DNA of 64,000 nucleotides, taken from assembly GCA_965644295.1 (NCBI GenBank), contig CBFFRP010000202.1:63793-127792 (forward strand). The letters are read 5' to 3'. Both the position numbers and the translations under genes were made by a program. Shown piece after piece: positions 12,479-24,600 of the stretch. Positions within the stretch are counted from its first letter, which is position 1; every line of letters begins with the position of its first letter. This DNA is from Paraphysomonas bandaiensis. Lineage: Eukaryota > Protista > Chrysophyceae. The notes beneath the pieces were generated by a model. It saw nothing but the letters and a program-made list of their open reading frames with translations. It was not told where the DNA came from and did no database searches.

Positions 12479-13040
12479 GAGTCTAAAGATTCAGTATTTC
12501 GCAATATTCATGCATATAAAACAAACCTCAAGAGCACTTTCTCTTCAATTAGAAATATTCGTTTGTATTATGATGTGATCGGAAGACAGATACATGGATA
12601 AACTACTATATATTATATATATATTCGATTGATGTGTGTAAAGTGTAAAGTGTAAACTATACTTGAGATCTAAGGTACTGTGTACTGTTGAGCCCTGCTG
12701 TTGAGTGTTGAATATAGTCTATATTTGCCGAAACCCCATCAACTGCATTCTAGCCAGCATCTGGAAAGTTATGGTCCGGAAAAATAGAAGAAGCATCCCC
12801 CGAGGAGCAAGTACTATTACTCAAACAACGGTACATAATATTTTTCTTGCCTTGTAGTATACTTTTTTTTTTGTTCCTAATACATGCTAGCGAGTCGGCT
12901 ATAGTATAATTGTGATAGTGTAATACACGCAAATTTCGATGTTTCGACACACCCTGTCGACTATTGAGTTTCATTATTACTTTTATCCTGTTTCGTTGTA
13001 ACAAAATTGTTCAAATGGTTTTCACTAGTGCTCTCGCGTT

Positions 13041-14819
13041 TTACTTCTTGTTTTTCATTTGGCGTCTAACAGAATGAAACACAGCACCAAACACGAGGAC
13101 GGTCCCCAAGTATGAGTATATTGACATCTTATGCCCAAATATAACAGACGACAAAACCATCGAGAGCATCTGACGTGTGGTCATAATCACAGTGAAGACA
13201 ATCGGTCCAAACTCTTTAATGGTATAGAAGATAAAGAACTGGCCCGTTGCGCTAGTAACTGCAGTTACAATGTTATAAAGAACAGCTGTGGGATTGACCA
13301 TCAAAAATTCGAAAACCGTAAATATTTCCCCACTAAATATCAACGCGGCAGATGTCAATAGAACTGCCCAACTATTTACCCAAAACATCATGTGATATTG
13401 ATCAATCTTCCCATAGTTCTTGTAAAGTCGACTTTGCCATTGCGAAGTGAAGGAGTCGCTACAAACATAGGTAATCAAGAGGAGTACACCGGCAATGCTG
13501 GTCTCTGTATCGTTGCTTTGAGTAGCATTCTTTGACATTGAAAAAACTAACACGCCAGAAGTTATGGCAAGAGCTTCCACATACTCAATGAACGTATAAG
13601 TGACTCCTCTCAATAGCATTCCCATTAGCATCACTGGAATCACTTTCGTACTTTTAAAAATATTTTGCAATGGAAAACTGACATAATGCAAAGATGCATA
13701 TTGAGCCCATGAGGATGATGTATTTGATATAGCACAAGGTAAGAATGCATAGTATGGTGCAGTACAATATATTGTCCCATGTACAGTCCTTATAACTAGG
13801 AAAGATATAACTATCGCCAAAAAACGATTCGAAAACACACAAAAAGAGGCAGAAGGAAACATGCCGTCTGGTGAGGAGGCAGTTGGAGTGAATTTAGTGG
13901 TCATAATGAGTTCTTGCATCATACCCCATGTTAAATATGATACTTGTAGACCTAAAAATAGTATATATGATATTCATGTAGTACATGAAATAGTGTATGA
14001 GATGTTGCATATGATATTCATGTACGTTATATAGTGTATGAGATGTTGCATATGATATTTAACGTGATGTTGCATACGATATTCATGTACGTGAAGTAGT
14101 GTATTAGATGTTCCATATGATATTCATGTACGAGATATAGTATGTGAGATGTTGCATACGATATTCATGTACGTGAAGTAGTGCATGAGATGTTGTATAT
14201 GATACTCATGTACGAGATATAGTATGTGAGATGTTGTATATGATACTCATGTACGAGATATAGTATGTGAGATGTTGCATACGATATTCATGTACGTGAA
14301 GTAGTGCATGAGATGTTGTATATGATACTCATGTACGAGATATAGTATGTGAGATGTTGCATACGATATTCATGTACGTGAAGTAGTGCATGAGATGTTG
14401 TATATGATACTCATGTACGAGATATAGTATGTGAGATGTTGTATATGATACTCATGTACGAGATATAGTATGTGAGATGTTGCATACGATATTCATGTAC
14501 GTGAAGTAGTGCATGAGATGTTGTATATGATACTCATGTACGAGATATAGTATATGAGATGTTGTATATGATGTATACTATGATACTATATACGATAGTT
14601 CACACTGTGTTTCATATGATGTTACATACCTAAAAAACAATACAAGCCTTTATATATAAGTGCCATAGTATCTTTATTTGATTGTTCATTTGATTTCTTT
14701 CTACCTTCTTCAATAAGTGAAATTGATTCAGTTTCATTGTCTGATATATTGGAGTGTTTCGGTTTGGATTGAGAGACACTCATTGGTTTCATATCGTTCA
14801 TACGAGGCATGTTTGACAT
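13041..14819 (-). CDS. SLC35B2: PAPS transporter 1 / UAA-family nucleotide-sugar transporter (2 exons, intron 13952-14629)
   Basis: YCFL|GLQVSYLTWGMMQE, VFSNRFLA, SNTSSSWAQYASLHYVSFPLQNIFKSTKVIPVMLMG, DSFTSQWQSRLY, SATGQFFIFYTIKEFGPIVFTVIMTTRQ. Confidence 0.92.
13965..14572. repeat. Intronic minisatellite, 41-bp unit in two alternating variants (~14-15 copies)
   Basis: GAGATGTTGCATACGATATTCATGTACGTGAAGTAGTGCAT and GAGATGTTGTATATGATACTCATGTACGAGATATAGTATGT, each 41 bp, interleaved. Confidence 0.9.
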
Positions 14820-14996
14820 AGGAGATAGATAGGTAGGATTATTGTGATGAATAAGGTATGATTGTGGTGTGTATGGAGAGAGTGTGTTGTGTTACTGCAG
14901 GGAAGTAAATGACTGACTGACTGCACTGATTGCTGCATCTTATGTATACATACATACAGCAGTACATACCAACACAACCTGTGAAAATATGCCAAC

Positions 14997-15481
14997 CACA
15001 TACATACATACATACATACATACATACATACATACATACATACATACATACATACATACATACATACATACATACATACATACATACATACATACATACA
15101 TACATACATACATACATACATACATACATACATACATACATACATACATACAGACATACATACATACAGACATACATACATACATACATACATACATACA
15201 TACATACATACATACATACATACATACATACATACATACATACATACATACATACATACATACATACATACATACATACATACAGACATACATACATACA
15301 TACATACATACAGACATACATACATACATACATACATACATACATACATACATACATACAGACATACATACATACATACATACATACATACATACATACA
15401 TACATACATACATACATACATACATACATACATACATACATACATACATACATACATACATACAGACATACATACATACAT
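14997..15481. repeat. (TACA)n microsatellite, ~480 bp
   Basis: Directly visible, with occasional GACA interruptions. Confidence 0.98.
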
Positions 15482-15613
15482 CTGAATGTATTCCTATGTA
15501 CTGGTGTATGTGCGGCTGGTTCTGTTGGTGCTGTGTGTGCTTCTATATATACCTTAACAATCCTACTAAACATACACACTCACATATCCCTATAACTCTA
15601 TCTCTAGATTCCC

Positions 15614-15880
15614 ATGACCGAAGAAAACATTTTAAAAGTCCCTCGATTCTTTCCTAGGGCACCTTCAGCATGTCGTCCATCAGCAGATCCATTTTTTAAG
15701 TGCCTGAATGAACACTCGAAGAAAACAAGTGATGACGATGTAGATGCAAGTAAACGTGGATTAGCAGCATGTACGAAAGAAATGAAAGCATATGAAGAAT
15801 GTATGATAAAATATGAAGTAAAAAAACCAGAGCAAAGAATGAGAGTTCAAGAAGAGTATAGAATGAAAAGTTCAACATAG
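15614..15880 (+). CDS. Small twin-CX9C (CHCH-like) protein, 88 aa
   Basis: C-RPSADPFFK-C and C-TKEMKAYEE-C, both with exact CX9C spacing; clean intronless ORF. Confidence 0.75.
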   Translation: MTEENILKVPRFFPRAPSACRPSADPFFKCLNEHSKKTSDDDVDASKRGLAACTKEMKAYEECMIKYEVKKPEQRMRVQEEYRMKSST

Positions 15881-16436
15881 TTTTCTTAATAGCCATTGAG
15901 CAAATATATTTAAGACTGTAATAAGGAGGAATTATTTATCGCCTTGATGATATTTATGTTCCTAATTGCTCTGTGGCCGAACGCTATCCCAAGATGCAAT
16001 GACCCTAATGCCAGTTCACTTGCACTTAGAGTATTTCCACTTGTAGTGTGAATCTCCCAATATTCTGAGTATCGAGAGTAGTTAGGGAACTGGCTTAAAT
16101 ATGTGGTAGTAAATAAAATAAGCTTACGCCTATTAGTTAACGATTGTTTTGTTTGTGTGCCGTAACTAGTCTTCTTCTAAACGTTGGGCTTGTAAGTCGT
16201 AAATTGTTTTGATTTGCCAGTAATGACATGAACCTAAACTTAATCGAACCAGGTACTATTCATTTACTCTGTAGTATTATTAGTGGTGGACAACCTATGT
16301 TTTTTGTTATATATTATATAGCATATAGCAGGTCACCATAGGAGTCAAATCATGATAACTGTGTCTTAAATGTCCTACTAGAATCTACTGTAGTTGATTA
16401 TTGATTATCTACTGTATACGCGTATATGAACATAGC

Positions 16437-16816
16437 GAGGGCTAGGGAACAAAATATTGAATTGCAATATAATGTAAAATATTTGATTGGTGAACCTGAA
16501 GTATTGTGTCATGTCAATTCAAGATACAGAAGTTGAGCAGTGGTTGGCGTGAATAAAATATATTATCATGTTGTTGAAATTGTGTTTGCAATATAATATG
16601 TAGTTTGATTACAATAAACTTCTGTTAAGAACGATCTTACTTATGTGATAATGACCAATAGTCAATAGACCTACCAAATATTCCATCAATGTTGTATTTG
16701 TTAAAGTGAATCACAGTATTGCAATTTTATTGTTGGGCCGGTTTAAAAATTCCATCAATATTATTGGTGAGACGCTAACTAACAATAGTATTGCAATATA
16801 TTGTTCCCTAGCCCTG
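16437..16816. mobile_element. Non-autonomous hAT-like MITE (~380 bp)
   Basis: Left end GAGGGCTAGGGAACAAAATATTG vs right-end reverse complement CAGGGCTAGGGAACAATATATTG. TTGCAATAT subterminal repeats. No clear TSD. Confidence 0.8.
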
Positions 16817-16983
16817 ATATACACCACTTTGCTTTATCTCGATAAATATTTAATTACATAAAACTCACTACAGGTAAAGGACTTTGATACAACACCACTT
16901 CAAGGTGCCATGCAAATAGAAATTCCACGCAATCTACAACTCTTGGATTCTAAAAGGGCAATAATCCTATATATATACAAGCA

Positions 16984-18107
16984 CTACCTTTTAAGGAAAT
17001 TGCGGACTTTAGATGTCATACTTTTAGGAGCGTCAGTCTTGCTATTAACCTCGGGCCCATTTCGACTCGATGTATCTACCGCATTTGACTGATTAGGCGT
17101 GGATGCTGTAGTTGATGTTGTACTGCTAAGATTGGCGTCGGATGACGTTTTGGATTGGTCTACACCATTTAGCTCTGATTGCGCCAAGCAGCTTTCGCTA
17201 TTGTTCAATGAACCTCGAATGGATGACAGTGACTGATCGGTTACTTCCAATTTTTCAAGGAACTCTGTCTGATCTTGTCGTTGCGCTGGGTGAGAAGTGA
17301 GCGCAGCACAAAATCCCAGCAATCGTAAAGTAGAAGGGTGGCATTCAAACAAGTACGAGCATTTCGGTGGGTCAGAGTCGATCTGAAGTGTACTAAGAAC
17401 ACTGTATATAGCTTGACAACGACTCGCAGTATCAGAAGTTAGTTTCACGTGGAGATATAAAACGTCGAGATAGTACAATGGCAATTGTAGGAGGGGAATT
17501 TCCGTAGAACTTATTACGGGTTCCTGCAAAAACAATGCACATGTTATTATACTGCGCGAACTAAAACTTAAGTACGTAATCAGCATACAACAAAGTATTG
17601 CAAGAACAACACCTGATCTGATCTAGAATATATCAGTATACACCGATCAATAAACTTTCGACTACTTTGAGGAATGCGTTCTTTGGATTCCATCCATTCT
17701 CTCACGCTTTCAAATACAGTGTTCAAATTAACCACTTCATCACAAGAGGTTTCACGTCTGGTATTTATGTATGTAAGTGATTTTTCTATTTCACTTGTAC
17801 TGGATGTAAAATCTTGTTCAATTCTTACAGAATTAGAGTCAAATGTAGCAACCGCAAATTGATGTTGAATTGTTGAATGAGATTTCCTTTGAACTATAAG
17901 ATTAATCACTACATATATAAATCATTATATATATATATATTAATATAAAGAATACAAACTTTCTGTTATAATATCAAAACGTGATCTCTGTGAGTCCCAG
18001 TTAGTGTGTATCTCACTATAAGTATCTAATAGAAACAATATCCTCTCTGGGAGTACAAGTGATTGACGTAAAATACAAAATTCTTCTTTATCAATAAAAT
18101 TTGACAT
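16984..18107 (-). CDS. BABAM1: BRISC/BRCA1-A complex member 1 (MERIT40/NBA1)-like vWA-fold protein (3 exons)
   Basis: LPERILFLLD, K..HQFAV..DFTS, RCILIYSRS, YYLDVLYLH, YLFE and LTSHPAQR follow the MERIT40 motif order. Confidence 0.8.
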
Positions 18108-19373
18108 TATAGTAATAATAGTATAGATATTATGATACTATGACAAGTGAATTAGTAAGTAAGTCCATATCACGTTAATAGAGGAGGCAGGTGCATATGA
18201 TAGATAGGACAGGGACACTAGAAAACAGGGGTTTCAAGGATTTGAAGTAGTTTTCTATTACCTAGTATGTGTAAACCCAACTTTTATCAATAATTCTAGG
18301 AAATTTATAGCAATATCAATATTTTTCTGGCATGATTGATTGCATAGCACTTGTAGATGGGGACAATTTTACAAAAAATCTAGAAATTAGATGGATATTT
18401 TTACTAAGGTATACCAACCATCGCATACAAAATACTTTATGTAAAATTGGTAAAAATGAGGAAAATGTAAAAATGCATGTACGACGACACTGATAATGTA
18501 CACTGGATGTGGACATGGATGCATAGTAGAGCAATCCATTAAGCAAAGAAGATATCCCATACCTGTCTTGCAATGTATCCTCTAGCATTGCCCCTTCTGT
18601 AGGTTACCTGCATCATACTGCGCACTTCATTAAGCAATGCTTTGCTGCATACAAGGTAAATGAAGAGAACCTGCAATCGATGAGGTGATACATCTCAATC
18701 ATATGGTAATTAACGGTATTGTCTTGCTATTACTCTCTGGTTTTGCAAGATTTCGTTCACCTTGGTCATAATATATCGGAGTTTTTCAAGTTGATGAAAT
18801 CAAGATCTTGTGTCTGTGTGCTCACTGCATAAGATAAAGAACTTTCACTTTCGCTTTCCAACCTTGCCCCTTAATGTGGTTTCTGAAAGGCTATGCTGGT
18901 ATAAATGAGAGCCCCACTATACTATACATGATCATGGAATGTGTCAAAGAAAATGTACATACCAAACATGTACATGAAATCGTAAAGAAAGTAAAGCAAA
19001 ATGATTTATGATATTGCCCAGAAGCATTTGGGTTAGAATGTCTTTGCATTTGTATTGCCGGTCTACACGCAACAATATAAATTAGTAATAGAAAGTAGCC
19101 GATAAGAGCTTTAAAGTAGTAGGCTTATGACACGACCAGTCTTGCTCTATGTTCTTCATTGAGACAAAGGTACATCATTTTCTTTTTGCGACGTACAAAT
19201 TAAATTATAAAAAACATGAAAAATAACACAAAGCGAATAATAAAATCATACTAAAGTATTCATTAAATTATCATCAAATAAATTATGGTACCTTACGTGA
19301 TGTAAAGAAAATGAACCAGCCATAGTTGACGTAAAGCCAAAATTCTTCTTAAATATCAGCACTATTTCTCACG

Positions 19374-20795
19374 TCACGCAATGAATGCTTGGAGTGTGGC
19401 TCGGATACCGTTCTCGCATATTTGGTCGTAACAAGCTTGTATTTCTTCCACAACTTTAACATTTTCCACAATATTTCCAAACACCGTACGGTCAGCGAGA
19501 AACGCAGACGCATGGCCATTGGCATTTGATACAACAGATCGCAATTTCTCCGCTTCAGGATCGTCAAGAGGTGTTGAGTTGTCGCTATCACATGCAATAG
19601 TCAAGAACCGCATATAACTGGCAACCACGGCTGATACGCACTTCGAAGGCTGTGAGGATTCACATAACTCGCTGAGTGTCGGCACGATAAAACCAGGAAT
19701 TTTCGCCGAGCCATCTTTGCATAGGCGTAGAATTTGATCTTCAATGGCTGGATTCGCAAAACGATCGACTAGTGTATCCTGGTATGATCTAATGTCTACC
19801 CCTTCCACTGGGAGTAGAGTTTTTTCAACTTCGCTGAAGAAGGCACGCAAGTAAGATTGAAATAAAGGGTCCGACGACACTTCATCAACACGAGAGAACC
19901 CTGCAAGGTGTCCGGCATATCCCACAGCCATATGTCCACCATTGAGTAATCTAACTTTAATCTTCTCATACGGCTTGACGGACTCAACGAGTTGTACCCC
20001 CACCAGAGGCCAGTCGGGTTTGTCATTGCAATAGTTGTCCTCAATAACCCACTGCCGATAGGATTCCGATGTCACTGGGACACGATCCTCAGAGCGAAGC
20101 TCTTCTCGAACGTATGTCATCTCTGAGTCTGTCGGTGCAGGGGTAATTCGGTCTACCATACTGTTTGGGAAGGCCACATTCGCTTCTATCCACGAAACTA
20201 ATGACGGATATGCCAGCTGACAAAACTCGAGTAGTAGAGATCTCGTCAAGTCGCCATTGCCTTGAATGTTATCACACGACTGTATAGTGAATGGTTTTAC
20301 GGAACTATCACTTTCTTGCATTTTCTGTCGCAAGCTCAACCCTCTGGCCAGGTATCCGTACAGTGTCCTGGGTTTCGAATGATTGCTAATATCATTCTGA
20401 ATGTTTACATTAGATGTGTCTAAGCGCTTGGTAGAAGGGTCAAAAAAGTATCCGGCCTCTGTGACTGTAATAGTAACTAGCTTAACCTCTGGACAAACAA
20501 GCTTCTTGAATACATCCTCTGGATTGAGGTAACCATTCAAGATCTCTATAATGCTTTGTACTTGTTTGACTTTGACACCACTATTATCACGTTCAATCAA
20601 TGTATATTTGCAATCTTGTGCACGTAAACTCTCAAAAACATAGCTATCATTAGGAAGCATGCATACTCCACATATACCCCACTCTAGACACCCTTGTGAG
20701 AGCAAATCCTGGATATACAAAGCCTCATGAGCCCTATGAAATCTGCCAACACCAAAATGAACTATTCCTGTCTTTACCTCAGTGCGATTAAACAT
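19374..20795 (-). CDS. M2DH: Mannitol 2-dehydrogenase (long-chain polyol dehydrogenase family), 473 aa, intronless
   Basis: IVHFGVGRFHRAH, TITVTEAGY, SCDNIQGNG, FPNSMVDRITP, QWVIED, YEKIKVRLLNGGH, RFANPAIEDQILRL. Confidence 0.95.
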   Translation of the reverse strand: MFNRTEVKTGIVHFGVGRFHRAHEALYIQDLLSQGCLEWGICGVCMLPNDSYVFESLRAQDCKYTLIERDNSGVKVKQVQSIIEILNGYLNPEDVFKKLVCPEVKLVTITVTEAGYFFDPSTKRLDTSNVNIQNDISNHSKPRTLYGYLARGLSLRQKMQESDSSVKPFTIQSCDNIQGNGDLTRSLLLEFCQLAYPSLVSWIEANVAFPNSMVDRITPAPTDSEMTYVREELRSEDRVPVTSESYRQWVIEDNYCNDKPDWPLVGVQLVESVKPYEKIKVRLLNGGHMAVGYAGHLAGFSRVDEVSSDPLFQSYLRAFFSEVEKTLLPVEGVDIRSYQDTLVDRFANPAIEDQILRLCKDGSAKIPGFIVPTLSELCESSQPSKCVSAVVASYMRFLTIACDSDNSTPLDDPEAEKLRSVVSNANGHASAFLADRTVFGNIVENVKVVEEIQACYDQICENGIRATLQAFIA

Positions 20796-20879
20796 TTTCT
20801 TATAGTAATAGTGAAGTATTTATGATGAAATGTGTGGTTATTATTAAGTTCTGGTATATGTGCAATCTCTCTATAGACG

Positions 20880-21026
20880 TATCGGCAGTCAGCATCTTAT
20901 ATTTCGGGAATAAATTGAAGCAGATATTCTCTATGATACTGAAGTATAACTACGGCTAGAATACAGATAATTGTTGTCTCAATATTGGAGGCATCATGGA
21001 ACAAAAATATACAAAGGATGGCGATA
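20880..21026 (+). mobile_element. ~145-bp MITE-like dispersed repeat, copy 1 (ends TATCGGCA..TGSCGATA)
   Basis: Shares TATCGGCAGTCAGCATCTTAT..CGGGAATAAATTGAAGCA..TCTCAATATT.GAGGCATC with copies at 48371, 51059 and 51222. Confidence 0.8.
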
Positions 21027-21617
21027 CGGAAATCATGCCTAGCTATCCTCTACTTGTATTTGTATCATAGGGAAAGATACACTTATATACAGTGGTATAC
21101 AGCAGTATTTTGTATTTGTATTGTGGGGAGTTGTGGTATGTACAGTACCAGTATACAACTGTATATCCAGCCGTAGTACGAAGTGACATTATTGTACGAA
21201 ATAAAAATTATGTACCCAGATACTACATATAAACCAATCATTATATATCATCTTATAATCTAATCATATCATTGGTTATTGTATTCGAAAATTTGTGGTG
21301 GTGGACGAATTTTTCATTTTTGATTTTTTGTTTTCTATGTAATTTTTTTCATATACAAGAATCTTTTAATATAAAAAATTACAATTAAAAAATTACATCA
21401 TTGAAATTTTGTTATTAAACAGTTTATATATACATACATACACATATATATATATATATATAGCTAGCATATAGCAGGAATTACTATTACCAGAGTGACC
21501 TTTATTGATCTATTATGTCATTCATATAAACCCTCTATACATTAATAATCATATCTCTATCTCTATTATACATTAAATGTACAAAATTAGATATTAATAT
21601 ACATCATTATCTATAAA

Positions 21618-24600
21618 ATGAAGGGTATCAAACACGAGAATACTCTTCATAGTTTAGACGGTGATCGTACACGAGAGATTGTAGGGGATCTTCTACATAA
21701 AGTATGCTATATATATATAGAATGATAATATAATTAACTCTATGTATGTGTTTTTTTTATAGTTAACTAAAAGTAATGAGAGCAGAAAGCGTTTATCTCA
21801 TGAAGTTTCATACTTAACTAATAAAGTAGATGAGTTATCATCAGCATTATTATTAAGTAAAATGAGAATTGGAGAATTAGAAGCATGTAATGAATGTCTT
21901 ACTATGAAGTTAAATGATTTTTCTTCAACTACTACAACTGAAGATCTTCGTCTGAGAGTAATACATAACAACGTATCCTAATTGAAGTAAAATAGTTTTC
22001 AGGTAAAACGCGAGTTGAGTGAAAAACACGACATTCGAATGCTTTTGGATACTTCACTCCGTCAAGTTGAGTCACTTTCGAAGGCTAATATAGATTTACA
22101 AAACAAATTAAATGAACAGGTTTGTTTGCCGATTGGATGCATATTTATGATTTCAGCGATTATAGGTCATCCCCAAACGTCAAGCCTCCAGTGATGGCCT
22201 CAAGAGTGCAAAGATTGATGAGTTAAAGACAGCACTAGATAATTTGAAATGGGGATTCAAATTACGGTAAGTTTTCTATTTCACTATTTGAAGTAGCTAA
22301 GTTGAGTCGTCCAGAGAAAGGCAACTTCAGTCAGAGCTTGGAGAGCACAAGAAATTGATAGAAGCGATGAGACTTTCTCAACAACGAACTAGAAACGTCG
22401 TTAGGTAAAATCCACTTATATGCGCCGCTCGGTTATACCTCATGCATGTGTGTGCACATGCTATTAGGAACATCGCCGAGGTGGCTTGTAACGTTATAGA
22501 TGAAAGCGATACAACTACCAATGGTGCTAAATCTAGCCAGACACACGATATGCTACCCTCCTATCCTGATGCTGCCTTGGTGAATACTCCAATGCTTGAA
22601 TCAGCCTCAGGACAGGCCCTCGATTTTTCTTCTCCTCTAACGATGCCGCAATATGAAGAAGAGGATGATGGAAGTGGGGACGACGGAGACCATGTGATGG
22701 ATGCTGCAAGCGCCGATCATAAGCTAGCGTTTTTGGAGAACGAGTTGCGGGAAGCTCGTGAGGAGTCACATACTAGTAAAGTACATAACGATCATTTGCG
22801 TGCTCAGGTGGAGGATCTATTAGCTGTGATAGGTGAAATGGAATCTTCACTGCGTTGTGGCCTGGATAGTTATATTTGCATGGATGACAGCGAGTTTAGC
22901 GAAGCTTTTGAGGAATCACTAAAATCACTAGATGAAAGCTTGACGAGCAGTCACCTTGATCGACTCCAGCGTACATTTGCTGATGAGGTTGGCGTGCTAG
23001 TTCGATGGTTGGATAAATTGCATTGTCAGAAACCTGCCGTATCCGCCGTAGAAGGTTCTAATGTGGATAGATCCGACTCCACTTTCCCGGCCACTGAAAC
23101 TCCTTTACTGGAAGACAAAGAAAGTGAGTTGCAGCAACACCTACAGAGATTGACTAATGAATGGGAATCACGCTTTAAATCTTTGCAATGTGAAAAAGAT
23201 GTAGAAATACAGAATTTCAAAGAATTACTACGTGTATCAGAATCAAAAGTTGAAGATAACGAAAGCCGTATAAGTGAGCTAGAAGCACAACTATACACTC
23301 TGAGAAATCAGAATGAACAAATGCGTGAATCTGAAATTAAGCAAAGACATGAGCACCAACAGGAACTTGCTGTGTTAAAGAGTGGGGCCGAGCAAGAGGC
23401 TCAGGAGGCCGCGGAGCTGAAGGAAGGTGAATTGTTGCGACAGATTCAAGAGCTAACAGAGGCCCTACGTGAGTCTGACTCAATAGCTGAGGCCCAACGA
23501 GAGTCTTATGAATCTCGCGAGCGGGATTTGATGGATGAGATCAACGACCTGTCTGATCGCGTCAGTGAGGCTAATGGTGCACTTCAAGAGATAGATATGT
23601 TGAGGGGCACAGTGTCCGCGCTGCAGAAAGATAAGGATTCGATGACCCAAGAGCTCGAAAATGTATGGGCTGAATTTGAAGAATCGATGAGGGAAGCAGA
23701 CAACTTGAAGGAAGAGATTAAGGAATTAAAGGGTGTTGGTGTGAGTACGTCAGAGAAATCAAGCCACTTAGAAGCTGAAAGGACTGAGCTAATTAACCGT
23801 CTAGCCGCACTGCAGGAAGAAAAAAGTTGTTCAGATGCGAAGGAGCAACGTTTGATTGACCAACTTGATAGCTTGCAATTCCGATATGATGAGCTTCAGT
23901 TAGCAGCTACCAGTAACGAAGACCAGGTATCAGCAGAGCAGCAATTACGTAAGGAGCTTGATTCTTCGCGTGCGTCCGAGCAAAAGCTTGTCGCCGACCT
24001 TCAAGCGTTGACTGAAGAAAGAGATAATCTAGTTACAGTTATCAAGGACTTAGAGTCGACTTTAGCTGAGCTTAGGAGCCAATGCGATGATTACGAAAAA
24101 AATATGGAGGAGTTACAATCCAAAGACGAACTTATTGCCCGATGTGAACAATTTGAATCTGATATACGTGATTTAGAGCGTTCTATAGAATCTAAAAGCA
24201 CTGAATTGGAACAGGAACGTGCTGTAGTAGCTGATCAATCTATTGTAGTGAACGATCTTCGCAACCTCCAGCATGACTTAGAAGAGAAAATTTATATTCT
24301 CGAATCCGAGTTGCAACTGAAAGAGAAAGACATGAGGGACAGCATTGCAACCGTAGAAGCTCTACAGGGATCAGTTGACAAATTGTCTTCCTGTAACCGG
24401 GAGCTAGAAGGGAACAACGATGAATTGCGTTCACGGTACATGGAATTAGAATCTCGACATATAGCTCTTCAGAGTGAAGTTGAAAACATCACTTATGCAA
24501 AGGCGAATGAGTTGGATTCACTGATGGCACGAAATGATGAATTGTCTGCTGATGTTTCGGAATTACGAAGTACTTTGCATCAAAAGAAAGAGGAAATGAA

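Noticed and set aside
13965-14572. CRISPR-like regular repeats (also the 141-bp and 185-bp arrays)
   Set aside because: Units are contiguous with no unique spacers, there are no cas genes, and the context is eukaryotic.
14798-15657. YVCM/HTYI-repeat ORFs here and at 58244-59109
   Set aside because: Translations of (TACA)n/(TATG)n microsatellites.
18170-19100. Possible decayed transposase with a Cys-rich tail on the minus strand
   Set aside because: Too fragmented to support a family call by eye; needs a translated search.
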